Assembly (NCBI GenBank): GCA_037440005.1 | Contig: JBBIUY010000006.1 | Location: 32,001-96,000 of the forward strand | From: Armatimonadota bacterium | Lineage (GTDB): Bacteria; Sysuimicrobiota; Sysuimicrobiia; Sysuimicrobiales; Kaftiobacteriaceae | Direction of reading: 5' to 3' | Length of the DNA: 64,000 nt | Part shown: in pieces, positions 53,024 to 62,705 of the stretch | Numbering within the stretch: position 1 is the first letter of the stretch | Layout: each line of letters starts with the position of its first letter | The notes under the pieces: generated by a model | What the model saw: only the letters and a program-made list of their open reading frames with translations | The model's database searches: none | Told to the model about the DNA's origin: nothing | Program-made: the position numbers and the translations under genes

Positions 53024-54976
53024 ATGGGACAGCAACGGCGCATCCTGCGTCCGGTCAACCCCGTCGGCACCCTGGACAGTCGCGAGTCGCTCAAGCGCAA
53101 GGCGGCGGCGCTGCTGGGGGTGCTGGGCAGCCTGCTGGGCGCCGAGCTGGCCCGGCGCGCCGACAGGGTGGGCGCGCGGTCGCTGATGCGCAGCCGCCAC
53201 CTGGGCCGGCAGGTCCTGGCCCTGCAGCGGCTCGTCTACGAGGACCCGACGCTGGCGGCGGTCCCCTCCGACGCCGAGATCCCCGCCATCCTGGAAGACC
53301 TGCAGGAGCGCATCGCGGACCTGATGGCCCGCAAGGCCGTGGAGGACGAGCTGGAGCGGCGCGTGGCCGACCGGATGCGGGAGCGCCAGGAGGAGTACCT
53401 GCGGGAGCTGAAGATGCAGCTGCTCCGGGAGACCGGGGGAGGCGAGACCGAGGCCACCCGCCGCCGCCTGGAGGAGCTGGAGAGGTTGGAGCAGGTGCGC
53501 CTCGCCCGCACGGCCCTGGAGGCCCTGCGGCCCCGCCGGCTGTCCCAGGTGGTGGGCCAGGACCGGGCGGTGCGGTCGCTGCTGGCCAAGTTGGCCGTGC
53601 CGGTGCCCCAGCACGTGATCCTGTACGGGCCGCCCGGCGTAGGCAAGACCACCGTCGCCCGCCTGGTCCTGGAGGAGGCCAAGAAGCTGCCGGGCAGCCC
53701 GTTCCGCAGGGACGCCCCCTTCATCGAGGTGGACGGCTCCACCCTGCGGTGGGACGCTCGGGAGGCCACCAACCCCCTGCTGGGGTCGGTGCACGACCCC
53801 ATCTACCAGGGCAGCCGGAGGGAGTTCGCCGACCTGGGCATCCCCGAGCCCAAGCTGGGCCTGGTCACCCGCGCCCACGGCGGGGTGCTGTTCGTGGACG
53901 AGATCGGCGAGATGGACCCGGTCCTCCAGGCCAAGCTGCTGAAGGTCCTGGAAGACCGCCGGGTGTACTTCGAGTCGTCCTACTACGACCCCAGCAACCC
54001 GCACACCCCTGCGTACATCCGCAAGCTGTTCGAGGAGGGGGCGCCGGCCGACTTCATCCTGATCGGGGCCACCACCAAAGAGCCGGAGGAGATCAGCCCG
54101 ACGCTGCGGTCGCGGTGCGCCGAGGTGTTCTTCGACCCCCTGTCCCAGGAGGACATCCAGAAGATCGTGCGGCAGGCGGCCCGGCGGCTGGGCGTGGAGA
54201 TCAGCGCCGACGTCCCGCGCATCATCAGCGAGTACACGGTGGAAGGGCGGCGCGCCGTGAACATCCTGGCCGACGCCTACGGGGTGGCTCTGTACCGCCG
54301 GCGGGGCCGGCTGGGCAACGGGGCGCGGAGGCCGCGGGTGCGGATCACCGTGCGGGACCTGCAGGAGGTCATCCGCGCCGGCCGGCTGGCCGCCAGCACC
54401 CTGGTGAAGGCGTCGGACACCCCCGAGGTGGGGCGGGTGTTCGCCCTGGGCGTGTCCCAGTACGTGGGGTCGGTGATCGAGATCGAGGCCACGGTGTTTC
54501 CGGTGGCCAGGCGCCAGAGGGGCACCATCCGCTTCAACGAGACCGCCGGCTCCATGGCCAAGGACTCGGTGTTCAACGCCGTGTCGGTGATCCGGAGGCT
54601 CACCGGGATCGACGTGAGCGGCTACGACATCCACGTCAACGTCATCGGCGGGGGACTCATCGACGGGCCCAGCGCCGGGCTGGCCGTGGCCCTGGCCATG
54701 CTGTCGGCCCTGCAGAAAAAGCCCCTGCGCCAGGACGTGGCCGTCACCGGGGAGATCTCCATCCAGGGCAAGATCCGGCAGGTGGGCGGGATTCCCGAGA
54801 AGATCTACGGGGCGCGCCAGGCGGGGATGCGCAAGGTCATCATCCCCGCCGAAAACCGGGCCGACGTGCCCGCAGACGTCAAGGGCCTGGAGGTGGTGTG
54901 CGTGTTCACCATCGACGAGGTGCTGCCCCACGTGTGGGCCCGGCCCTCCCGCCGGAAGGCGGGGCGGCACCCGTAG
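53024..54976 (+). CDS. lonC: Lon-family ATP-dependent protease, LonC type
   Basis: GPPGVGKT, LLGSVHDPIYQG, DGPSAG and GGIPEK Ser-Lys dyad; between rplI and dnaB. Confidence 0.88.
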   Translation: MGQQRRILRPVNPVGTLDSRESLKRKAAALLGVLGSLLGAELARRADRVGARSLMRSRHLGRQVLALQRLVYEDPTLAAVPSDAEIPAILEDLQERIADLMARKAVEDELERRVADRMRERQEEYLRELKMQLLRETGGGETEATRRRLEELERLEQVRLARTALEALRPRRLSQVVGQDRAVRSLLAKLAVPVPQHVILYGPPGVGKTTVARLVLEEAKKLPGSPFRRDAPFIEVDGSTLRWDAREATNPLLGSVHDPIYQGSRREFADLGIPEPKLGLVTRAHGGVLFVDEIGEMDPVLQAKLLKVLEDRRVYFESSYYDPSNPHTPAYIRKLFEEGAPADFILIGATTKEPEEISPTLRSRCAEVFFDPLSQEDIQKIVRQAARRLGVEISADVPRIISEYTVEGRRAVNILADAYGVALYRRRGRLGNGARRPRVRITVRDLQEVIRAGRLAASTLVKASDTPEVGRVFALGVSQYVGSVIEIEATVFPVARRQRGTIRFNETAGSMAKDSVFNAVSVIRRLTGIDVSGYDIHVNVIGGGLIDGPSAGLAVALAMLSALQKKPLRQDVAVTGEISIQGKIRQVGGIPEKIYGARQAGMRKVIIPAENRADVPADVKGLEVVCVFTIDEVLPHVWARPSRRKAGRHP

Positions 54977-55036
54977 GCGCCGCGCCCGGCGGCCCCCTCC
55001 GGGAGGGTGTCCGCGGAGACCCCCGGGTTTCACCCC

Positions 55037-55191
55037 GTTTCTACAGGTTATCCACAGGTAAATTGCCCCTCTCCCACCTCAGGACGGCTGATGCCCACAA
55101 GGAAACCCACAGCCTCCGGCCCTAATCTGGTAGGCCGTACCGGTCCCCCGATCGGGGGACTTGACGTGTTCGAACGTACGTTCGCTATAAT
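55037..55191 (+). promoter_or_regulatory. dnaB control region: DnaA box, palindrome, promoter with SOS box
   Basis: TTATCCACA 55048-55056; GTCCCCCGATCGGGGGAC 55143-55160; TTGACG 55161; CGAACgtacGTTCG 55171-55184; TATAAT 55186. Confidence 0.85.
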
Positions 55192-55220
55192 GGGCGCGCA
55201 CGCCTGCCAGGAGGAGGAGC

Positions 55221-57560
55221 ATGTCGATACCGGCCGTCGCCATTGAGCGGGTGCCTCCCCAGAACCTGGAGGCCGAGCAGGGTGTGCTCGGGTCGATGCT
55301 GCTGGACCGGGACGCCATCGCCCGGGTGGTGGAGCTGATCCGGCCGGAAGACTTCTACCGGGACGCCCACCGCCGCATCTACGAAACCATCGTGGACCTG
55401 TTCGAGCGCGGCGAGCCGGTGGACCTCATCACCGTCACCGACCGTCTGCGAGACCGGGGGCAGCTGGACGACGTGGGGGGAGCCAGCTACGTCACGTCCC
55501 TGCTGCACGCCATCCCCACGGCGGCCAACGTGGAGTACTACGCCCGCATCGTGCTGCAGAAGTCCATGCTCCGCCAGCTGATCGCCGCCGGCACCCAGAT
55601 CGCCCAGATGGGCTACGAGGGCGACACCGACGTGGAGATGCTGGTGGACCGGGCCGAGAAGCTGGTGTTCTCCATCGCCAACCGGCGGCTGGCCCAGGAG
55701 TTCGTGCCCATCCGGGAGATCCTCAAGGAGAGCTTCGAGCGCATCGACCGCCGCTACCAGGACAAGGGGACCGTCACCGGGGTGCCCACGGGGTTCGCGG
55801 ACCTGGACATGCTCACCAGCGGCCTGCAGCCGGCGGACCTGGTCATCGTGGCCGCCCGCCCGGCCATGGGCAAGTGCCTGAAGTACGACAGCGAGGTGGT
55901 GGACCCGCGCACCGGCGAGGTCCGGACCATCCAGGAGGTGGTCGGCCGGGGCGAGGCGGTCCTGTGGACCCTGGACGAGGGCGGCCGCCTGCGGACGGGG
56001 TCCCCCAGCCACTTCGTCAACGACGGCATCCGCCCCGTCTACCGGGTGCGGACCGCCTCGGGGCGGGAGGTGGAGACCACCGCCTCCCACCCGTTCCTCA
56101 CGCCCGGGGGGTGGCGGCCGCTGGTGGACCTGCAGGTGGGGGAGCCCATCGCCGTGCCCGCCCGGCTGCCCGCCTTCGGCGCGCTGGACCTGCCGGCCTA
56201 CGAGGTCAAGCTCCTGGCGTACCTGTGCGCCCGGGCCATGGCGACGTCCCCGGTCCTGGCCGCCGACTACGCCGACGCGGTGGCGGTCGGCGAGGCGATC
56301 CGGGCGGCCACCCGCCCCCAGCCCGCGCCCCCGGCCCGGGACCCCGTGGAACCCTTCCCGGTGCAGGGGGCGGCGGTGCCGGAGGTGGTGGGGGCGCTGC
56401 TGGCGCGGCACCCGGTGCTGGCAGAGCCGGCGGAGTCCGCCGCCCTGCCGGGCGTGGTGTTTACCCTGACCCGTCCCAAGCTGGCCCTGTTCCTGTCCCG
56501 GCTGCTGGCGTGCACCGCCGCGGCCGAGGGCGAGCCGGAGGCGCCGGTGGTGCGCTGCCGCCTGCCCAGCGCCCGCATGGCGCGCCAGTGCCAGCACCTG
56601 CTGCTGCGGTTCGGGGTGGCGGCGTCGGTGGACGGCCCGCACCTGCAGGTCCGGGGAGACCATGCCTGGAGGCTGTTCGCCCGGGTGGGCCTGCTGGGGT
56701 GGGAGCGGTGGCGGCAGCGGGCGCGGCACGAGGTCGAGAGCCTGCTGCCGGAGTCCGACGTGCTGTGGGATGTGGTGGTGGCCATCGAAGACAGCGGCGA
56801 GGCCCAGGTCTACGACCTGACGGTCCCTCCCACCCACAACTTCGTGGCCAACGACATCTGCGTGCACAACACCACCTTCAGCCTCAACATCGCCCAGCAC
56901 GCGGCCATCCACCACCACATTCCCGTGGCCATCTTCAGTCTGGAGACCAGCAAGGAGCAGCTAGTGCAACGCTTTCTGTGCGCCGAAGCGGAGGTGGACG
57001 GCAGCAAGCTGCGCACGGGCTTTCTGGCCGACAGCGACTGGCCCAAGCTGGCCCGGGCCATGGGCCGGCTGTCGGAGGCGCCCATCTTCATCGACGACTC
57101 GGCCACCATCTCCGTCATCGAGATGCGGGCCAAGGCCCGCAAGATGAAGGCCGAGCACGGGCTGGGCCTGATGGTGGTGGACTACCTGCAGATGATCCAG
57201 TCCTACAAGCGCACCGAGAACCGCACCCAGGAGATCAGCGAGATCGCCCGGTCCCTGAAGTCGCTGGCGAAAGAGCTGAACATTCCCCTCATCGCCATCT
57301 CCCAGCTGTCCCGGGCGGTGGAGGTCACCGGCACCCGGCGGCCGATGCTGTCCCACCTGCGGGAGAGCGGCGAGCTGGAGCAGGTGGCGGACCTGGTACT
57401 CTTCATCTACCGGGAGGATTACTACAATCCGGATACGGACAAGAAAAACATCGCCGAGATCATCATCGCCAAGCACCGCAACGGACCCATCGGCACCGTG
57501 GAACTGTACTTCCACAAGGAGTTCAGCCGGTTTGCCAACCTGGACCGCCGCCGCGTCTGA
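55221..57560 (+). CDS. dnaB: Replicative DNA helicase DnaB with intein
   Basis: PPQNLEAEQGVLG, AARPAMGK|TT, VDYLQ, SQLSR, KHRNGP. Confidence 0.97.
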   Translation: MSIPAVAIERVPPQNLEAEQGVLGSMLLDRDAIARVVELIRPEDFYRDAHRRIYETIVDLFERGEPVDLITVTDRLRDRGQLDDVGGASYVTSLLHAIPTAANVEYYARIVLQKSMLRQLIAAGTQIAQMGYEGDTDVEMLVDRAEKLVFSIANRRLAQEFVPIREILKESFERIDRRYQDKGTVTGVPTGFADLDMLTSGLQPADLVIVAARPAMGKCLKYDSEVVDPRTGEVRTIQEVVGRGEAVLWTLDEGGRLRTGSPSHFVNDGIRPVYRVRTASGREVETTASHPFLTPGGWRPLVDLQVGEPIAVPARLPAFGALDLPAYEVKLLAYLCARAMATSPVLAADYADAVAVGEAIRAATRPQPAPPARDPVEPFPVQGAAVPEVVGALLARHPVLAEPAESAALPGVVFTLTRPKLALFLSRLLACTAAAEGEPEAPVVRCRLPSARMARQCQHLLLRFGVAASVDGPHLQVRGDHAWRLFARVGLLGWERWRQRARHEVESLLPESDVLWDVVVAIEDSGEAQVYDLTVPPTHNFVANDICVHNTTFSLNIAQHAAIHHHIPVAIFSLETSKEQLVQRFLCAEAEVDGSKLRTGFLADSDWPKLARAMGRLSEAPIFIDDSATISVIEMRAKARKMKAEHGLGLMVVDYLQMIQSYKRTENRTQEISEIARSLKSLAKELNIPLIAISQLSRAVEVTGTRRPMLSHLRESGELEQVADLVLFIYREDYYNPDTDKKNIAEIIIAKHRNGPIGTVELYFHKEFSRFANLDRRRV
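55875..56870 (+). mobile_element. Intein (332 aa) in the DnaB Walker A motif, degenerate LAGLIDADG domain
   Basis: Starts CLKYD after GK; block B TASHPF; ends VYDLTV..HNFVANDICVHN followed by Thr. Confidence 0.95.
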
Positions 57561-57562
57561 CC

Positions 57563-58435
57563 GTGGACGCCGCCTTCGCCCTGCTGTCGGCCGCCCTGTT
57601 CGCCGGCAACGCCCTGTGCGTACGGCTGGGCCTGCGGGGGTCCACCGCCACCACCGCCACCCTGCTGTCGGTGGCGACCAACCTCACCGCCCTGTGGGCG
57701 CTGGCGGCGGCGCGGGGGTCTCTGGCGCGGATCGCCCACCCGGCGGCGGGGGTGTTCCTGCTGGCGGGCATGTTCGCGCCCGCGCTGGCGCGGCTCACCT
57801 ACTATGAGAGCCTCACCCTGATCGGGGTCGCCCGGGCGGCCACCATCAGCAACACCACGCCGCTGTTCTCGGCCCTGCTGGCGGTCCCCGTCCTGGGAGA
57901 GCGCCTGAACTGGCGGATTGCCGCCGGCACCGTCCTGGTGGTGGCCGGGGTGGTGCTGGCGGTGCGCCAGGCGAGCGAGCCGGGCGCGGGGCGGGCAGCG
58001 GGCTCCTCGGGGGTGTCGGGGGCGCTGCTGGCCCTCAACACCGCCGTGATGGCCAGCATCTCGTTCATGCTGCGCAAGATCGGGCTGCGGATGCTGCCGG
58101 ACCCCGTGCTGGGAGCGGCCCTGACGGTCACCGGCTCGCTGCTGGTGCTGCTGCCCTATGCCGCCTCCCGCTGGAGGCGGGAGCCCCTGCGGGCGGACCG
58201 GCCCAGCCTGGGGTGGCTGGTGGCGGGCGGGCTGCTGACCACCGGGGGGTTTTTGGCCTACTACCTGGCCCTCCACCTGGGGGACGTGGTGCGGATCACC
58301 CCTCTGTCCAACACCACGCCCCTGTTCGCCGTGGCCCTGCTGTACGCGTTCCGGCAGGTGGAGACGGTGGCGCCCGCCACTGCCCTGGGGGCGGTGCTGG
58401 CCGTGGCGGGGGTGCTGCTGGTGGCGACCGGCTGA
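57563..58435 (+). CDS. EamA/DMT-family transporter
   Basis: Two repeats each with SNTTPLF; about ten TM segments. Confidence 0.88.
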   Translation: MDAAFALLSAALFAGNALCVRLGLRGSTATTATLLSVATNLTALWALAAARGSLARIAHPAAGVFLLAGMFAPALARLTYYESLTLIGVARAATISNTTPLFSALLAVPVLGERLNWRIAAGTVLVVAGVVLAVRQASEPGAGRAAGSSGVSGALLALNTAVMASISFMLRKIGLRMLPDPVLGAALTVTGSLLVLLPYAASRWRREPLRADRPSLGWLVAGGLLTTGGFLAYYLALHLGDVVRITPLSNTTPLFAVALLYAFRQVETVAPATALGAVLAVAGVLLVATG

Positions 58436-58436
58436 G

Positions 58437-60167
58437 TCAGTCTCCCACCCTCTCCAGCTCCTCGGCCACCGCCTCCACCAGCGGGGCCAGGGTGGCCTCG
58501 TCGAACCGGAAGGCCGCCCCGGCCTCCTCAAACAGCTGCGGCAGCGGCCGGGACCCGCCCAGGGTCAGCGCCCGCCAGTACCGCTCCACCGCCTCCCGGT
58601 GGTCGGCCCGGCTGCGCATCCAGATCTGCAGCGCTCCGGTCATGGCGATGCCGTACTCGACGTAGTAGAAGGGGGCCACGTACAGGTGCAGCTGCCGTTG
58701 CCAGGTCCACGCCAGCGCCTCCTCGTAGCCCGACCAGTCCACCACCGGGTTGAACCGTCGGTAGATCTGCACCCAGGCCGCCCGCCGTTCCTGTGAGGAG
58801 TGCTCGGGGTACGTGTACACCCAGTGCTGGAAGGCGTCGATGGTGGCCACCCAGGGCAGGGTGGTGACGGCGTCTTCCAGGGCGTTGCGGTAGGAGCGCC
58901 GGTAGTCCTCGGGGTCGGTGTAGAACACGTCCACGTGCCGGGCGGCCAGCAGCTCCATGCCGAAGGACGCCACCTCGGCGAACTCGACGGGGCAGGTGCG
59001 GTAGTGGAGCAGAGGCTGCTCCCGGGACGCCAGGGTGTGGAACGCGTGGCCGCCTTCGTGGAGCAGCAGGCGGATGTCGTCATCCCGCCCCGCCGCGTTG
59101 CCGAAGATGAACGGCCAGCGCCTCTCGTGCAGGGTGCTCTGGTAGCCGCCCGGGGCTTTGCCCCTGCGGCTGTCCAGATCCAGCAGCCCCTGCTCCCGCA
59201 GGAACCGGAACTGGTCGGCCAGGCCCGGATCCACCCGGCGGAAGATCTCCTCGATGCCCTCCAGCAGGCGGTCGGTGGTCTGGAAGGGCCGCAGGGGCGG
59301 GCGGCCCCGCGGGTCCACCAGGAGGTCCCACGGGCGCAGGCGGTCCACGCCCAGATGGCGGCGGCGGCGCTCCAGGATCCGCTGGGCCACGGGCACGGCG
59401 GTGCGCGCGATGCTGTCGTGGAACCGGAGGCAGTCCTCCGGCGTGTAGTCGAACCGACGCCGGCGGCGGAAGGCGTAGTCGCGGTAGGTGGAAAAGCCCG
59501 CCTGGCGCGCCATCTGGGTGCGCAGGGCCACCATCCGGTCGTACAGGGCGTCCAGGGCGGCCGCGTCCTGCAGCCGGCGGGCGGTGATCAGGTCCCACAC
59601 CTCCTGGCGGACGGCGCGGTCCGGCTCTTCCAGAAAGCGCAGGGCCTGCGGCAGGGTGAACTCCTCTCCCCGGTAGGTGATGGTCATGGCCCCGGTGATC
59701 TTCTGGTAGTCCTTCCTCAGCAGCGCGTCCTCGGTTTCCAGGGGGATGTTCTCCTCCCTGAACAGGGCCACGTCGTTGCGGACGATCCGGTCCAGGACCT
59801 CGTAGCGGTCCGGCTGGAGCAGCTGCCGGCAGGGGTGTTCCAGGTACCGCACCTCCAGCCGGTGCCAGAGGGGTTTGGCCCGGGGCTCGATCTGCTCCAC
59901 GAACTCCCGGTAGGCGGCCTCCCGGGCGGGGTCGTCGGTGCGGGTGGTCATGGCGATGTAGCGGCGGGTGCGTTCCTCGTCCAGGGCCGCCCTCAGCTCC
60001 GAGCAGTCCTGCAGCCACCGCTCCATCTCCTCGACCGTCTCGATGGGCCGGTCCAGCAGCTGCTGGAACAGCGGCTCCACCTGGGCCCAGTCGCCCATCT
60101 GTGCCTCCGCCGGCACGAACCTCCGGGGGAAGGTCCGGCGCAGGTCCACCTGGAGCGTGTTTGGCAC
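58437..60167 (-). CDS. M3-family oligoendopeptidase F
   Basis: GKAPGGY, HEGGHAFH, EFAEVAS, FYYVEY. Confidence 0.92.
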   Translation of the reverse strand: MPNTLQVDLRRTFPRRFVPAEAQMGDWAQVEPLFQQLLDRPIETVEEMERWLQDCSELRAALDEERTRRYIAMTTRTDDPAREAAYREFVEQIEPRAKPLWHRLEVRYLEHPCRQLLQPDRYEVLDRIVRNDVALFREENIPLETEDALLRKDYQKITGAMTITYRGEEFTLPQALRFLEEPDRAVRQEVWDLITARRLQDAAALDALYDRMVALRTQMARQAGFSTYRDYAFRRRRRFDYTPEDCLRFHDSIARTAVPVAQRILERRRRHLGVDRLRPWDLLVDPRGRPPLRPFQTTDRLLEGIEEIFRRVDPGLADQFRFLREQGLLDLDSRRGKAPGGYQSTLHERRWPFIFGNAAGRDDDIRLLLHEGGHAFHTLASREQPLLHYRTCPVEFAEVASFGMELLAARHVDVFYTDPEDYRRSYRNALEDAVTTLPWVATIDAFQHWVYTYPEHSSQERRAAWVQIYRRFNPVVDWSGYEEALAWTWQRQLHLYVAPFYYVEYGIAMTGALQIWMRSRADHREAVERYWRALTLGGSRPLPQLFEEAGAAFRFDEATLAPLVEAVAEELERVGD

Positions 60168-60304
60168 GGCTGATCCCTCCGATCTCCGACGGCGGGCAAA
60201 CCTTGGCTATTTTGGGGAGGCCGGGGGGGATTTCCTGCCGCCCGGGCCGAACTGCAGGCCGTGTGGGCGGTCGACATGCAGCGGCCCCCGCCGGGGTGCA
60301 GGCG

Positions 60305-61372
60305 TCAGCCCTCCAGGATCAGGGCGGCCGCCCGGTCCGCCGCGGCCTCCGCCGTCCCCGTGGCCCGCAGCCCCGGCCGCGCCGCCGCGCGGGCCGTGTC
60401 CGTCGCCAGGTCCAGGGTATGCTGGCAGGCGGCCAGGACAGTCCCGCGGCGGTCGTGGTAGCGGGCCAGGTAGACCTGCTCGGTCTGGCCGGGCGTGGGC
60501 ACCAGCACCGCGCGCTTTCCCAGCGTGGCCAGTTCGCACAGGGTGGTGTAGCCGCTGCGGGAGACTACCACCCGCGCGCGGGCCAGCATCTCCTGCTGGC
60601 GCCGGCGGTCCAGGTAGGGGTACACTTCCGCCCCGCCGGCCGCCGGTCCGGAAGAGCCGGGGCGGCCCAGGGCGACCACCACCCGGCCCGGCAGGCCCGG
60701 CAGCTGGCGCAGGACCTGCCGCTCCAGCAGCGTGCGCTGCGGCTCGGGACCCGAGATGGTCACGAACACGTCCACGTCCTGGGGCGCCGGCAGCGGCCGG
60801 ACGCTGCACAGGGGGCCCACGTAGGCCAGCAGGGAGGCCGGGAACACCCGCAGGCCGTGGGCCAGGTCTCCCGCCAGGCGGTCCTGGGGGTCGTCGGGCA
60901 CGATGACCTTCCGCAGGCGGGCGAACCAGCGGTAGTTGAACGCTTCCAGGACCAGTTCGATCGGCCGCACGCGGCCGGGCGCGATGAAGCGCAGGCTGTG
61001 GGCGATGTGGAAGGAGGGCACCGCGGGGTGCTGGATGCCGTAGCGGTTGTCGCTGACGATGCGGTCAAACCGGGACCGGCGGTGCAGCGCCGCGGTGGCT
61101 GCCCGCTCGGCCGCCATCACCCGGAGCATGGCGGGCACCGCCAGCGCGCTGCGCAGGTAGAACCCCCAGGCGGTCCGGCTGATGGTCTGGGGGACGTCGG
61201 GCCAGGCCAGCAGCGCGCAGCGGCCGTCCAGCTCCTCCCGCAGCAGGGCCAGGGCCCGTCCGGCGCTGACGACGGTGATGTGGGCCCCGGCCGCCAGCAG
61301 CCGCTCCAGGACCGCCAGGCTGCGGGTGGCGTGGCCCAGGCCCCATGATCCGACACCATAGAGGATGCGCAT
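60305..61372 (-). CDS. GT-B glycosyltransferase (GT28/MurG-like)
   Basis: GLGHATRS, SRSGYTT, PTPGQTEQ. Confidence 0.88.
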   Translation of the reverse strand: MRILYGVGSWGLGHATRSLAVLERLLAAGAHITVVSAGRALALLREELDGRCALLAWPDVPQTISRTAWGFYLRSALAVPAMLRVMAAERAATAALHRRSRFDRIVSDNRYGIQHPAVPSFHIAHSLRFIAPGRVRPIELVLEAFNYRWFARLRKVIVPDDPQDRLAGDLAHGLRVFPASLLAYVGPLCSVRPLPAPQDVDVFVTISGPEPQRTLLERQVLRQLPGLPGRVVVALGRPGSSGPAAGGAEVYPYLDRRRQQEMLARARVVVSRSGYTTLCELATLGKRAVLVPTPGQTEQVYLARYHDRRGTVLAACQHTLDLATDTARAAARPGLRATGTAEAAADRAAALILEG

Positions 61373-61430
61373 CAGACCGGGCGGCCCCGGTGCCGGCCGC
61401 CGCCTCCGCCCGAGAAGCCCCGACGGCGCC

Positions 61431-62705
61431 GTGATCCGCCCCGGGGATGTTCTCTACTACGGCCTGGGCGGCCTGTTTTACCTGGTTCCCCGGCTCCTGT
61501 ACGAGGTCCGCGCGTCCGACGCGCGCCGCTACGACCACCGGCCGGCCACCCTCATCGTCACCAACCACAAGCGGGACCTGGACAGCGTGATCCTGCCCCC
61601 CACCCTGTTCTTCAACGGGGTGCGTCCCAAGCGGCCCATCTGGTTCGCGGGGCGGGAGGACATGTTCTGGCGCGGCTTTCTCGCCACCTACCAGGTGGTC
61701 CCGCGCCCGCTGCGGAGGCTGCTCTACGAGATCGACCTGCGGCCGGTGCTGGCGGCCCTGCGGGTCCTGCCGGTGCGCCGATTCCCCGAGCGGACCCTGG
61801 AGGAGGCGCTGCGGGAGGTGCGGGCGGTCTGGGGGGACCTGCCGGCCGCCCGGGTGCTGGCAGAGCAGGAGGCCCGCCTGTGGACGCAGCGCTACGGGCC
61901 CGATGTGCGGCTGTCGCGGCTGCTGGCCTGGTCCCACCGGGACGCCTGGAGGCGTCCGACGACCCTGGCGGCGTTCCATCCCCTGTGGCGTCCGCCTCTA
62001 GCCGCCCTGTGGCGGCGGGTGGTGGACGACCAGATCCGGACCCTGGCGGCCGTCCTGGACCAGGGGGGCGTACTGTACCTGGCCCCCGAAGGGGTGATCT
62101 CCCCCGACGGGAGGTTGCAGGCCTTCCGGTCGGGCTTCCGCCGGATCCTCGAGACGGTGCGCCGTCCGGTCCGCATCGTTCCCGTGGGCATCGTCTACGA
62201 CTTCATGCGCCCGGGCCGGCTGCGGGTCCTCATCGGCGTGGGCCAGGTCCTGCCCGCTGACGGCGATCCCGGGGAGGTGGTGGCCCGCACGCGGCGGGAG
62301 GTGGCCGCCCTGCACACGCTGACGTGCACCCAGGTGGCCGGCCACGTGCTGTGGCAGCGGCTGCAGGCCGGAGAGGACGCGGTGGCGCTGGACGCCTTTG
62401 CCGACGCGGTGGCCTCCGCCGCCAGATCCCTGGCCGCTGCCGGCTTGCCGGTGGACCCCGCCCTGCTGGCCCGCCCCCGGGACAGGGTGCGGGCGTGGGT
62501 GGCCTCCCTGCGGCGCGCCCCCTACGCGGCGGTGGAGGGAGAGACGCTGCGGGTCGACTCCGCCTGGGTGACCGGTCTGCCGCCGACCCACTGGCAGAAC
62601 CCGATCCGGTATGCGGCCACCGAGCTGGCGTCGGTCCGGGAGATCCTGGCTTCCGACGGGGCGGACCGCCGGAGTCCGGTCAGACCTCCTGGGCGATGCC
62701 CATGA
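61431..62705 (+). CDS. PlsC-like acyltransferase with extra C-terminal domain (start uncertain, alternative 61365)
   Basis: NHKRDLD (HX4D), APEG, VPVGI. Confidence 0.8.
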   Translation: MIRPGDVLYYGLGGLFYLVPRLLYEVRASDARRYDHRPATLIVTNHKRDLDSVILPPTLFFNGVRPKRPIWFAGREDMFWRGFLATYQVVPRPLRRLLYEIDLRPVLAALRVLPVRRFPERTLEEALREVRAVWGDLPAARVLAEQEARLWTQRYGPDVRLSRLLAWSHRDAWRRPTTLAAFHPLWRPPLAALWRRVVDDQIRTLAAVLDQGGVLYLAPEGVISPDGRLQAFRSGFRRILETVRRPVRIVPVGIVYDFMRPGRLRVLIGVGQVLPADGDPGEVVARTRREVAALHTLTCTQVAGHVLWQRLQAGEDAVALDAFADAVASAARSLAAAGLPVDPALLARPRDRVRAWVASLRRAPYAAVEGETLRVDSAWVTGLPPTHWQNPIRYAATELASVREILASDGADRRSPVRPPGRCP

